Source of the DNA: Candidatus Enterousia sp.
GTDB lineage: Bacteria; Pseudomonadota; Alphaproteobacteria; Rs-D84
Length of the DNA: 42,079 nt
NCBI GenBank assembly: GCA_045635705.1
Contig: JAZTWE010000021.1
Location: forward strand, 1 to 42,079
Direction: 5' to 3'
Shown: in pieces, positions 21,069 through 30,300 of the stretch
How positions within the stretch are numbered: the first letter of the stretch is position 1
Layout: each line of letters opens with the position of its first letter
Position numbers and translations under genes: made by a program
Notes under the pieces: generated by a model
Database searches by the model: none
What the model saw: the letters and a program-made list of their open reading frames with translations, nothing else
What the model was told of the DNA's origin: nothing

Positions 21069-22901
21069 ATGAAAATTCGCAACATTGCAATTATTGCGCA
21101 CGTTGACCACGGCAAAACAACCCTGGTTGACAACATGCTGAAACAGGCGGGCACATTCCGCGAAAACGAACGCGTTGATGAACGCGTAATGGACAGCGGT
21201 GACATCGAACGCGAACGCGGGATTACAATTTCTGCCAAGCCAACATCCATTCAATGGGGCGAATACAAGATTAACATTGTGGACACACCGGGCCACGCAG
21301 ACTTTGGCGGCGAAGTAGAACGCATTCTGTCAATGGTTGACGGGGTTGTTTTGCTGGTTGACAGTGCCGAAGGTCCCCTGCCACAAACAAAGTTTGTATT
21401 ATCCAAGGCATTAAAACTGGGGCTGCGCCCAATCGTTTGTATTAACAAGGTTGACCGTGGCGATGCGCGTCCTGACGAAGTATTAACCGAAACATTTGAC
21501 CTGTTTGATAAACTGGGCGCAACTGATTCACAATTGGATTTCCCATATCTATATTCCGTGGGTCGTGATGGTTGGGCGGTACGCGATTTGAACGACGAAC
21601 GCAAGGACCTGACACCACTGTTTCAATTAATTGTTGATCATGTCCCTGCCCCCGATTGCAATGGCAGCCGCTGTCAATTGGATGCGCCATTTAAGATGCT
21701 GGCAACAACACTGGAAGCAGACCCCTATGTTGGTCGTATTCTGACCGGTAAAATTGAATCTGGGACCGTACGCGTTGGCCAGTCTGTCAAGGCCATCAAT
21801 CGCAACGGCGAATTTATCGAAAATGCCAAAATTACAAAAATCATTGAACATCGCGGCATTGAAAAGGTTTCCCGCGACACTGCATCTGCCGGCGACATCG
21901 TCGTCGTTGCTGGTTTTTCCAAGGCAACCGTGGCCGACACCTTGTGCGATCCATCTGTCACTGAACCTATTCCTGCGATGCCAATTGACCCACCAACCTT
22001 AACCATGACTTTCTTTGTTAACACATCCCCTTTGGCGGGCAAAAGCGGTAAAAAATTAACATCCCGTATGATTGGCGAACGCCTGTTCAAAGAAGCGGAA
22101 ACAAATATTGCATTAAAGGTTGAACAAAGCGAAAACAACGAAGCGTTCGAGGTTTCTGGTCGTGGCGAATTGCAATTAGGTATTTTGATTGAAACAATGC
22201 GCCGCGAAGGATTTGAATTAAGCGTCAGCCGCCCACGCGTTGTAATGCAAACAAACGAAAACGGCGAACGCCTTGAACCAATCGAAGATGTTGTAATCGA
22301 TGTTGACGATGAATTCAGCGGTGTCGTTATTGAAAAGATGACCAAGCGCAAGGCAACAATTACAGAAATGAAGGCATCTGGTGCTGGTAAAACCCGCATT
22401 GTGTTTTCTGCCCCATCACGCGGTCTGATTGGTTACCTATCTGAATTCCGCACCGACACACGCGGCACAGGTATTATGAACCGCGTATTTGATAAATACG
22501 ATGTGTACCGTGGCGCGATTCAACAATATCGTCCGGGCGTTTTGGTATCAATGGAAAAAGGCAGCGCCGCAACATACGCATTGTTTAACCTGCAACCACG
22601 CGGTACATTATTTATCGAACCCCAGACCGAGGTTTATTCTGGTATGATTATCGGCGAACACAGCAAAGAAAACGACCTGGAAGTAAATCCGATTAAGGGC
22701 AAAGAATTAACAAATATGCGCTCGGTCACGGCTGATGAAAAATTATTCTTGGCCCCACCACGCCGCATTTCACTGGAAGAAGCCCTGTCCTATATCTTGG
22801 ATGATGAATTGGTAGAGGTCACCCCCACAACAATTCGTCTGCGCAAGAAAGAACTGGACAGCAACACACGCAAGAAGTTAAAGAAACATATCGAAGAATA
22901 A
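21069..22901 (+). CDS. typA: Translational GTPase TypA/BipA
   Basis: IRNIAIIAHVDHGKTTLVD, DTPGHADFGGEVER, VSGRGELQLGILIETMRREGFE, DDELVEVTP. Confidence 0.97.
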   Translation: MKIRNIAIIAHVDHGKTTLVDNMLKQAGTFRENERVDERVMDSGDIERERGITISAKPTSIQWGEYKINIVDTPGHADFGGEVERILSMVDGVVLLVDSAEGPLPQTKFVLSKALKLGLRPIVCINKVDRGDARPDEVLTETFDLFDKLGATDSQLDFPYLYSVGRDGWAVRDLNDERKDLTPLFQLIVDHVPAPDCNGSRCQLDAPFKMLATTLEADPYVGRILTGKIESGTVRVGQSVKAINRNGEFIENAKITKIIEHRGIEKVSRDTASAGDIVVVAGFSKATVADTLCDPSVTEPIPAMPIDPPTLTMTFFVNTSPLAGKSGKKLTSRMIGERLFKEAETNIALKVEQSENNEAFEVSGRGELQLGILIETMRREGFELSVSRPRVVMQTNENGERLEPIEDVVIDVDDEFSGVVIEKMTKRKATITEMKASGAGKTRIVFSAPSRGLIGYLSEFRTDTRGTGIMNRVFDKYDVYRGAIQQYRPGVLVSMEKGSAATYALFNLQPRGTLFIEPQTEVYSGMIIGEHSKENDLEVNPIKGKELTNMRSVTADEKLFLAPPRRISLEEALSYILDDELVEVTPTTIRLRKKELDSNTRKKLKKHIEE

Positions 22902-22932
22902 AAACATCCCCATGAAACATGGGGATTTTTTT
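22902..22932. terminator. Bidirectional intrinsic terminator
   Basis: atccccatg-aaa-catggggat plus T run. Confidence 0.85.
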
Positions 22933-23203
22933 ACAACGCACACGGTTCAGTATATTCGTATGTACCACTGTCATCGGTATATGACATTCCAACCGGGGCA
23001 TACATTATGCAATCACCCGACGGATTTGATACCAGGCACGATTCCGCCGTGCCAACCGACACATAACCACTGGGGCACGATGTCGCAATAGTAATGTTGG
23101 GGGCAGCAATCGCAATGTAACCCGATGGACAACTGGTGCTGGGCGCGGCAGCAAACCCCGGTGATACCAATAGTCCAATCAATAAAATAAATTTATAATT
23201 CAT
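22931..23203 (-). CDS. Small secreted Cys-rich protein with duplicated TSCPSGY motif
   Basis: GAGGG then MNYKFILLIGLLVSPGFA (signal peptide); TSCPSGYIAI and TSCPSGYVSV; 6 Cys. Confidence 0.75.
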   Translation of the reverse strand: MNYKFILLIGLLVSPGFAAAPSTSCPSGYIAIAAPNITIATSCPSGYVSVGTAESCLVSNPSGDCIMYAPVGMSYTDDSGTYEYTEPCAL

Positions 23204-23218
23204 TTTTTCCCTCATTAA

Positions 23219-23701
23219 TTATCCAGGATTATTAAAAAAAACATCAATGGGACGCCCTGAAGTACCATAAATAAAGTTAGAGCACTTATCTGAACAGATA
23301 ATCGCACACGAATCCGCCCTATTTGCATCACCATACTCAGTTACAGCACTCTCATAAACCCACTCAGAAACCATCGGTTTTATCATTTTACACCAACAAT
23401 GATACCTATCTTCAGCCCCTTCCTCAAAGTTACCAGTCGATATCAGTCGAGCAACAGCACCTCGTCCTCCCCCAGCTGTAACAGAACACATACCAATGAA
23501 CGCAACGTCTACCATAGGACCATATGGATCATCTTTTGAATAGTCCACAGTTTGACAGTAGCCTTCGGTAACCGCTTCACCTGGACCATTAAAAGCCGTA
23601 ATGCACTCATAGTCTGCCCCCAACGCCACGCATTTTTGCACAGCGATGGCCGGCGCGGTCAGCAACGCGCCCACCGCAGTAATTGTTAAAAGTTTTTTCA
23701 T
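23219..23701 (-). CDS. Secreted Cys-rich protein (CWC...P..S.WV...C..C..C type)
   Basis: GGAG then MKKLLTITAVGALLTAPAIA (signal peptide), VQKCVALG; later HCWCKMIKPMVSEWV and CAIICSDKC. Confidence 0.8.
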   Translation of the reverse strand: MKKLLTITAVGALLTAPAIAVQKCVALGADYECITAFNGPGEAVTEGYCQTVDYSKDDPYGPMVDVAFIGMCSVTAGGGRGAVARLISTGNFEEGAEDRYHCWCKMIKPMVSEWVYESAVTEYGDANRADSCAIICSDKCSNFIYGTSGRPIDVFFNNPG

Positions 23702-23769
23702 TTGTTTCACTCCCTTTGTTTGTTTATTCGCGAAAAACCACACTTCGCCTGGGGCTTTGTGTGATAAAC

Positions 23770-23975
23770 AAAAAACCACGCGCGTAAACGAGTGGTCAGG
23801 AGGTTAGAAACAATCCGTTGAATTGCGTGCTTATTCGATATATTCGCAACCCTCCTGACACTAATATCAGGAGTCTTTCAACAGAATACACACACCGCGC
23901 CGCACCGCGACACAGGTTTATATTCCATCACAACGGCAGGGTTTCTACGCCCCATCACGACAAAATCATCGTGAC
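23770..23975 (-). ncRNA. Structured leader resembling a phage c4/CI antisense RNA cassette, with terminator
   Basis: Helix gtcaggagg (23795-23803)/cctcctgac (23851-23859) enclosing ttgcg/cgcaa; its bulge caacggattgtttcta is complementary in two blocks to upstream tagaaac-cctg-ccgttg (23931-23947); followed by the hairpin accactcg...cgcgtggt and a U run. Confidence 0.55.
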
Positions 23976-23981
23976 ACAGTC

Positions 23982-24010
23982 ATTATAACGGATTGTTTTT
24001 CAATGTTCAA
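23982..24010 (-). promoter_or_regulatory. Sigma70 promoter driving the c4-like leader and the Cys-rich genes
   Basis: Minus strand TTGAAC-17 nt-TATAAT. Confidence 0.7.
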
Positions 24011-24082
24011 CGCTTTGATAAATAAAAGTTTAGCGGGGTATTTATAAACAGACTTTTTGCAAAAAATTCTGTCTCATGTCTC

Positions 24083-24111
24083 AAAAAAAATCCCCCAAAC
24101 GGGGGATTTTT
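24083..24111 (-). terminator. Intrinsic terminator of ftsK
   Basis: aaaaaaaatccccc-aaac-gggggattttt right after the ftsK stop. Confidence 0.85.
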
Positions 24112-26356
24112 ACAACACCTGTCGCTTGCCACTAGCATCGGGTGCACTAACAATTCCATCTTGTTCCATACGCTCTATCAATCCTGCGGCTTTGTTATAC
24201 CCAATTGCCAACCGTCGTTGCAAATACGATATCGTCGGCTTTTTATCACGCACAACTATTTCCTTGGCCTGTTCATACATATCGGCATCTTTACCTGCTT
24301 TAATCTCTGCCTTGGACGAGGCGGCTGGCGCGGCGGCTTCTTCACTTTCGGTTACACCCGATGCGTATTCTGGTTCACCCTGGGTGCGCAAGAACTTACC
24401 CACACGATTTAATTCATCATCTGCGATAAACGCCCCATGAATACGAACTGGAACGCGCCCTGCCTCGCTAAACAACATATCACCACACGACAGCAAGTTT
24501 TCTGCCCCCTTTTCACCCAATGTTGTCATAGAATCGATATGGCTGCGCGCCTGGAACGAAACACGTGTTGGGAAATTCGCCTTGATAACCCCCGTAATGG
24601 TTGTTGCATCCGGTCGCTGGGTTGCCATCACCAGGTGAATACCCGCCGCACGTGCCTTTTGCGCGATACGCTGAACACAGGCCTCAACCTCTTTACGCGC
24701 CAGCGACATCAGATCAGCCACCTCGTCAATAATAATTACAATATATGGAATGTCTGACAAATCTACTTCTTGGGTTTCAAACAGTAATTCCCCTGTTTCC
24801 TCGTCCGTACCAACCGCAACCTGTTTGGTTATCTTTTCACCTTTGGCACGTTTTTCAGCCGCAATTTCGTTATAACTTTCCACATTGCGCGCATTCAAGA
24901 TTTGCAATTGCTTGTACCGCTCTTCCATTTCGCGTACCGCCCATTTCAGCGCATTCACCGCCGCCGCTGGGTCCAGTTTCACAATTGGTGTAATCAAGTG
25001 CGGAATATCATCCCAGAATCCAAAATCAACACCCTTTGGGTCAATAATCATCAACTTGCACTTGTCCGGCGTAAAGTGATAAACAATTGATGTAATAATT
25101 GATTGTACAAACACCGACTTGCCCGAACCCGTACGCCCAGCAATCAGCATGTGTGGCATCTTGGCCAAATCAAAGTACATTGGATTACCACCAATATCAA
25201 CCCCCAACGCCAACGGAATCTTGTACTTTGAATTAACAAATGTTTCATTCGCAACCAATGTCTGATAGCGCACTGTTTGACGTTTCAGATTAACCATTTC
25301 AACACCGATTAACTGTGTGCTGGGGATATGGGCAATACGAATATTTTCCGTTGCCATCGCACGCGTCATATCACGCACAGTATTATTAACATCGGCCATA
25401 CGCGTACCACTGTCTGGCATAAATTCATACAGTGTAACAATTGGTCCCGGCCGAATTCCAACAACCTTGCCGTTAACACCATATTCTGCAAAATGCACCT
25501 CCATCGCGGCGGCATTGCGTTTCAAATCAGGTGTCACAATATTTTTACCAAACACCGACTTTTCCAACAACTTTGGGTCTGGCAATTCATACGCCCCCGC
25601 CCGTCGCGCACGCGGCGCAATCGCCGCCACAGGTGCAGAAATCGCCTTGGTCGGCGTGGGCTTCTCAGTCTTTTTACGCAGCAATCTGCGCATTGGCTTT
25701 TTGTCTTCTTCTGCTTCTTCTGTTTCTTTGGTTATCTCTTCTTTTTCCATTGGTGGCAATGGCGCCGTCAAATGGAATGCCGCGCCAACCACACGCACCG
25801 CACGCCAACACATCCGCATCAGACTTTGCACATGCACCCACTTTATATGCAACAGCATCCCCGCCATAACAAAGAACACACCCAACAACAAGACACCAAT
25901 TGCAACCGCCGTCTCGCGTCCAACCAACGACACAATATCATTACTGGCGACGGCACCAAACACACCACCAAAACTGGCCGATGGCATAATCAGTCCCAAT
26001 CCAGACGCCCCTGCACATACGGCGATAAACGCGCGCAAGAAATTATATTCCGGACCATTTTGAACCGCCCAGCCACACATCGCGACCAACCCCGCCCGCG
26101 CAACAAACAGTATCACGAACAGTGCCGGCAACACACCAACGCCATAGCGTAAAAATCCAACAATCCAGCCCATTACCGACTGGGCACCAAATGTACTGGC
26201 CACGCCGAACCCGTCCAAATATGGATTAAAAAACATCAATGCGAACACGGCCCACAATGAAAAAAACAACACCACGCCCCCAGCGACACGCAGTGCCAAA
26301 CTCTTTAACGCGCGCGATGCGCGTTCTGGTAAAAACTTTGATTTAGTATTGCTCAT
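24110..26356 (-). CDS. ftsK: DNA translocase FtsK
   Basis: N-terminal TM domain; DLAKMPHMLIAGRTGSGKS, IIIDEVADLM, ATQRP; gamma domain SYLQRRLAIGYNKAAGLIERME. Confidence 0.96.
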   Translation of the reverse strand: MSNTKSKFLPERASRALKSLALRVAGGVVLFFSLWAVFALMFFNPYLDGFGVASTFGAQSVMGWIVGFLRYGVGVLPALFVILFVARAGLVAMCGWAVQNGPEYNFLRAFIAVCAGASGLGLIMPSASFGGVFGAVASNDIVSLVGRETAVAIGVLLLGVFFVMAGMLLHIKWVHVQSLMRMCWRAVRVVGAAFHLTAPLPPMEKEEITKETEEAEEDKKPMRRLLRKKTEKPTPTKAISAPVAAIAPRARRAGAYELPDPKLLEKSVFGKNIVTPDLKRNAAAMEVHFAEYGVNGKVVGIRPGPIVTLYEFMPDSGTRMADVNNTVRDMTRAMATENIRIAHIPSTQLIGVEMVNLKRQTVRYQTLVANETFVNSKYKIPLALGVDIGGNPMYFDLAKMPHMLIAGRTGSGKSVFVQSIITSIVYHFTPDKCKLMIIDPKGVDFGFWDDIPHLITPIVKLDPAAAVNALKWAVREMEERYKQLQILNARNVESYNEIAAEKRAKGEKITKQVAVGTDEETGELLFETQEVDLSDIPYIVIIIDEVADLMSLARKEVEACVQRIAQKARAAGIHLVMATQRPDATTITGVIKANFPTRVSFQARSHIDSMTTLGEKGAENLLSCGDMLFSEAGRVPVRIHGAFIADDELNRVGKFLRTQGEPEYASGVTESEEAAAPAASSKAEIKAGKDADMYEQAKEIVVRDKKPTISYLQRRLAIGYNKAAGLIERMEQDGIVSAPDASGKRQVL

Positions 26357-26409
26357 AACAAATGCATTTTATCACAAAAAAGGTAAAAAAAACAGACCAA
26401 AGTCATTTG

Positions 26410-26438
26410 TTGCAAAACACTATAAAACATTGTACATT
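26410..26438 (+). promoter_or_regulatory. Sigma70-type promoter (probably leaderless)
   Basis: TTGCAA-17 nt-TACATT, then 7 nt and ATG 26446. Confidence 0.55.
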
Positions 26439-26445
26439 ATATGAT

Positions 26446-27309
26446 ATGAAGAAAGCAAAACATAGGACCACACGCCTATTTCTGTTTGCAGGATATGACA
26501 AGAATGGCATTATTGACGATGCGCTGACCTATTATGTGCGCAGCATTTCCCAGTTTGGCGATATTGTTTTATGTATGGATTCACAATGCAGTGACGATGA
26601 ACTATCTAAACTGGCCCCGTATGTAAAGCACGCGATGGCAACGCGCCATGGCGAATACGATTTCGGTTCGTACAAGCGCGCATACATTTGGGCAACGCAA
26701 AACCTGAATCTATCTGATTACGATTTTGTATATATCTTAAACGATTCCGTATTTGGTCCGTTGTATCCAATGGATAAGTATTTTAACGATATGGAATCCG
26801 CCGGTACTGATGTATTTGGCCTGTGTTATAATCCAACGGGTCGTCGCCCACATATTCAATCATGGTTTATCGGTATGCGCCCAACTGTATTTTTATCAAA
26901 ATGGTTTAATGAATTTATGCACGCTGTCACCCACCAATCTGACAAGGGTGCAATCACATACCTGTACGAATACGGATTTACGAAACAGGCAATTGATAAC
27001 GGTTTTACAACATCCCACCTGTTTGAAACCCCGGGACGCAGTGTTTATAACGGCATTCGCAAATTGTATCGTCGCAAAATGCCATTTATGAAAAAGGTTG
27101 CATTCAATCGCAACAACGGCGCACTGGGTCGCCAGATTAAACAAGTTCTATCAAAATTTGACCCAACGCTGCGCGATGCCATACTATCATCGGCCCGCGC
27201 GACATACAGCGATAAACATATTGATTGGCTGTTAACATCAAATCCAATCAAAATCACATACCGCCACATACAACACATTTTACGCAAGATATTTATAGAG
27301 GGAATATGA
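26446..27309 (+). CDS. Rhamnan synthesis F (RgpF)-like polysaccharide protein
   Basis: LFLFAGYD, HGEYDFGSYK, ILNDSVFGP, PHIQSWF, YEYGFT, PFMKK. Confidence 0.8.
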   Translation: MKKAKHRTTRLFLFAGYDKNGIIDDALTYYVRSISQFGDIVLCMDSQCSDDELSKLAPYVKHAMATRHGEYDFGSYKRAYIWATQNLNLSDYDFVYILNDSVFGPLYPMDKYFNDMESAGTDVFGLCYNPTGRRPHIQSWFIGMRPTVFLSKWFNEFMHAVTHQSDKGAITYLYEYGFTKQAIDNGFTTSHLFETPGRSVYNGIRKLYRRKMPFMKKVAFNRNNGALGRQIKQVLSKFDPTLRDAILSSARATYSDKHIDWLLTSNPIKITYRHIQHILRKIFIEGI

Positions 27310-28151
27310 AAAACAAAAAACTAAAACGCATTGCTGCCATAACCATGGCCCGCAACGACGAATTTTTCTTGTCGCGCTGGATTAAATATTACGGCGACGA
27401 AATTGGCACTGAAAATCTGTACATATACCTGGACGGAATGGACCAAACAATTCCTGAAAACGCTGGTGGTGCAACAATAACAAAACTGCCGCACACCGAT
27501 ATGTCGCGCGCAGCAGGCGACAAATACAGAATTGGTAAGATATCCGACCTGGCCCGTGAATTATTTTCACGCGGTTATGACATTGTGATTGGTTGTGACA
27601 CAGACGAATTTTTAATTGTTGATACACGCACTAATAAAACATTGGCAGAATATTTATCAGAATTAGATATCAACACAACCGTATCTGGATTGGGACTGGA
27701 TGTTGGCCAACACATGAGGTGCGAACACCCCCTGGACACATCCAAACCATTTTTGGACCAGCGTGCATACGCCCTGCTATCCACACGATATACAAAGCCT
27801 GTTGTATTAAACAAGCCCGCCACATGGGGCAGTGGCTTTCACCGTGTAAAGAATCATAATTTCCACATTGATAAAAACCTGTATCTGTTGCACTTTGGCG
27901 CAGTTGATATGGATATGTTATTGACCAAGGCTGCCAAACGCGGCGAAGATTGGGTAAACCATCTGAAACGCCGCGGCAACGGCACAATCAATGATGTGTC
28001 CAGCCGTCCGGCCCGCGGCGAAAAATGGATACATATTGCACGCTTTATTCAAACATACATTCGCGCACCATACGCATGGAACAAGCCAAATATGATGGGG
28101 CTAAAAATCGTTGCAAAAATTCCCGACCGCTTTAAGCAGCGTGGAATTTAG
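27306..28151 (+). CDS. Glycosyltransferase, GT2-like (GT-A fold)
   Basis: AAITMARND...WIKYY, DTDEFL (DxD), GFH, LLHFG. Confidence 0.8.
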   Translation: MKNKKLKRIAAITMARNDEFFLSRWIKYYGDEIGTENLYIYLDGMDQTIPENAGGATITKLPHTDMSRAAGDKYRIGKISDLARELFSRGYDIVIGCDTDEFLIVDTRTNKTLAEYLSELDINTTVSGLGLDVGQHMRCEHPLDTSKPFLDQRAYALLSTRYTKPVVLNKPATWGSGFHRVKNHNFHIDKNLYLLHFGAVDMDMLLTKAAKRGEDWVNHLKRRGNGTINDVSSRPARGEKWIHIARFIQTYIRAPYAWNKPNMMGLKIVAKIPDRFKQRGI

Positions 28152-29284
28152 GAATTAAGCAATTTCAAAACATCTTTTGCGACGGCATCTGCACTGAATC
28201 GTGACAGCGACTTGGTCGCGCGTTGTGTCATTTTTTCTATATCAACGCGCTGATTCCACACATCATCCATACGCAGTGCCAATTCTGCAACATCACCTGG
28301 TGCAAACAACAGCCCTGCCCGTCCATCCAGCAAAATTTCACGTGGACCATTTTTACAATCCGATGAAATATTTGGTGTACCAACGGCCATCGCCTCAATC
28401 AAGACCATCCCCAACCCTTCACTATGACTGGACAGAATATGCGCCCGTGCACCGCGCATATATTCAAACGGGTTTGGTGTTGCACCTGTAAAAACAATAT
28501 GTTTTTTCGATGGCAAGGATTCCGCAATCTGACGAAAGTGTTGTTCTGCGTCCCCGCCACCGACAACAACCATTTTCACATTAGGTCGCCCCGCGGCAAT
28601 CCAAAACTTATCAAACGCACGCAGTATTGTTTCAATATCTTTGTCTGGCGACAGTCGCGACACCGCACAGAAATAGTCTTTAATCCTGACCTTGCGTTTC
28701 AGTTTACTGCGAATATGTTCAACATCCACCGGGTTATAGATACGCACCGCACGCCCTGCGTATTTTGGGTACAGGCTATTAAATTCTTCTACAAAACCAT
28801 CTGTCAGCGCGACCAGTGTATTATACCCATCCATAAAATTAATTGAATCACGCTTGATAAACTTGGTAATCGAAGAATGCCACCACGCCATTTTCGGGCA
28901 TTTCAGATTTTTGATTTCCTTGTAAAACCCAAAGTCATAAAAGTCAATAACCGCATCAAAATCCTTGAACACATTTCTATTAACAAACACGCGCCGCCAC
29001 CAGCGATACGCATCGCGCACAAAATGCTTCGCCAACCGCCACACAAAAAAGTGCGGCAACTGTGTTCCCAACCATCGCGACGGATACAAAACCCTGCGCT
29101 GAATTTGCGGATGCGCATCCAACCAATCACGATATATCGGTTCGGTTATATTAACATATGACACAAATGTCACATCCACCCCGCCACGCGCCAACACAGA
29201 TTCCAGCAACCGCACCAGCACTGATTCAACACCACCCAACTGCATATCGCGCAGGCAAAACGCAACCTTTATATTTTGACTCAT
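28148..29284 (-). CDS. Glycosyltransferase family 4 (GT-B)
   Basis: GGVESV, IYNPVD, VSRLSPDK, SHSEGLGMVLIEAMAVGTP, GPREIL. Confidence 0.9.
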   Translation of the reverse strand: MSQNIKVAFCLRDMQLGGVESVLVRLLESVLARGGVDVTFVSYVNITEPIYRDWLDAHPQIQRRVLYPSRWLGTQLPHFFVWRLAKHFVRDAYRWWRRVFVNRNVFKDFDAVIDFYDFGFYKEIKNLKCPKMAWWHSSITKFIKRDSINFMDGYNTLVALTDGFVEEFNSLYPKYAGRAVRIYNPVDVEHIRSKLKRKVRIKDYFCAVSRLSPDKDIETILRAFDKFWIAAGRPNVKMVVVGGGDAEQHFRQIAESLPSKKHIVFTGATPNPFEYMRGARAHILSSHSEGLGMVLIEAMAVGTPNISSDCKNGPREILLDGRAGLLFAPGDVAELALRMDDVWNQRVDIEKMTQRATKSLSRFSADAVAKDVLKLLNS

Positions 29285-30291
29285 TTTATAAACTCACAAA
29301 TCTTGCACCGCAAATCACACCACTTTTTTGGTGCACAATCCAGCGCACCAATTCTGTCCAAATCACGGAATAATTCGCGCGCCACATTTAATTCTTCATC
29401 ACTGTTCAGGTATTTAATCTTGCGGAATGCCCAATTAACAAAATACCACTTAAAGTTCTGCGACCATTGCTTCATCTGATATTCAGTTGCATTTTCTTGG
29501 TATCTGATAAACGCATCTTTGATTCCTGCGCACAGACTTTGCATAATACGCAGTTGTTTTGCCGACAGCACAATCCCACCAAAATTTGGGATATAGAAAT
29601 ACAATGGCAACGGCGCAATTGTCACACGCGGATTTTTCAGCATAACAGCACTCCACCACGGGAAATCTTCAAACAATATTCCTTTGATAAACGGCACATC
29701 TTCAATCAGATCCCGGCGATACATATTCTTCCACACCTGACAATGCTTAATCAGCCATTTTTTCTTGCGCCCTGGAACATTGTGTGTGCGTTCTGTTGCA
29801 TATTCATACACATCATCTGTCACCAGTGTTTTTATCTTGCTGATATCATATCGTTTATGAACGCGTTTTGGCACAACATTATCTGTATCCATTTTCAACA
29901 CATGACGCACCATCAATTGCGGACGATAAATCCGGTCGTATGTAAAAGACACAATATCAGACCCATCACGCACCGCCAATGAATATGCAATTTCCATTGT
30001 TTGTGGATGAATAAAATCATCACTATCCAAATACATAATATAATCGCCGGTGACGTGTTCCATCCCCGCATTACGCGCATCAGACAGTCCCCCATTCTTT
30101 TTTGTCACGACAACAAATCGCGAATCTTTTTTCGCATATTCATCCAATATTGCGGCACTGTTATCGGGGCTGCCGTCATTGACACAAATCGCCTGCCAGT
30201 CTTGGAAAGTTTGATTTAACACACTGTCCAAGCATCTGCGCAGATACTTTTCAACATTATACACAGGAATAATAATTGATATTGCTGGCAT
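29281..30291 (-). CDS. Glycosyltransferase family 2
   Basis: ISIIIPVYNVEKYL, VNDGSPD, NGGLSDARN, YLDSDD, FED. Confidence 0.93.
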   Translation of the reverse strand: MPAISIIIPVYNVEKYLRRCLDSVLNQTFQDWQAICVNDGSPDNSAAILDEYAKKDSRFVVVTKKNGGLSDARNAGMEHVTGDYIMYLDSDDFIHPQTMEIAYSLAVRDGSDIVSFTYDRIYRPQLMVRHVLKMDTDNVVPKRVHKRYDISKIKTLVTDDVYEYATERTHNVPGRKKKWLIKHCQVWKNMYRRDLIEDVPFIKGILFEDFPWWSAVMLKNPRVTIAPLPLYFYIPNFGGIVLSAKQLRIMQSLCAGIKDAFIRYQENATEYQMKQWSQNFKWYFVNWAFRKIKYLNSDEELNVARELFRDLDRIGALDCAPKKWCDLRCKICEFIK

Positions 30292-30300
30292 TGAAAATCC

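Noticed and set aside
23770-23975. tRNA or known metabolite riboswitch in the ftsK-downstream intergenic region
   Set aside because: No cloverleaf, T-loop or CCA, and no aptamer consensus that I recognise; the features fit a c4-like antisense arrangement better.
25317-26152. Long plus-strand ORFs (248 and 274 aa) over ftsK, and similar antisense ORFs over surA, typA and mutL
   Set aside because: Antisense shadows of well-supported genes, with no motifs or SD.
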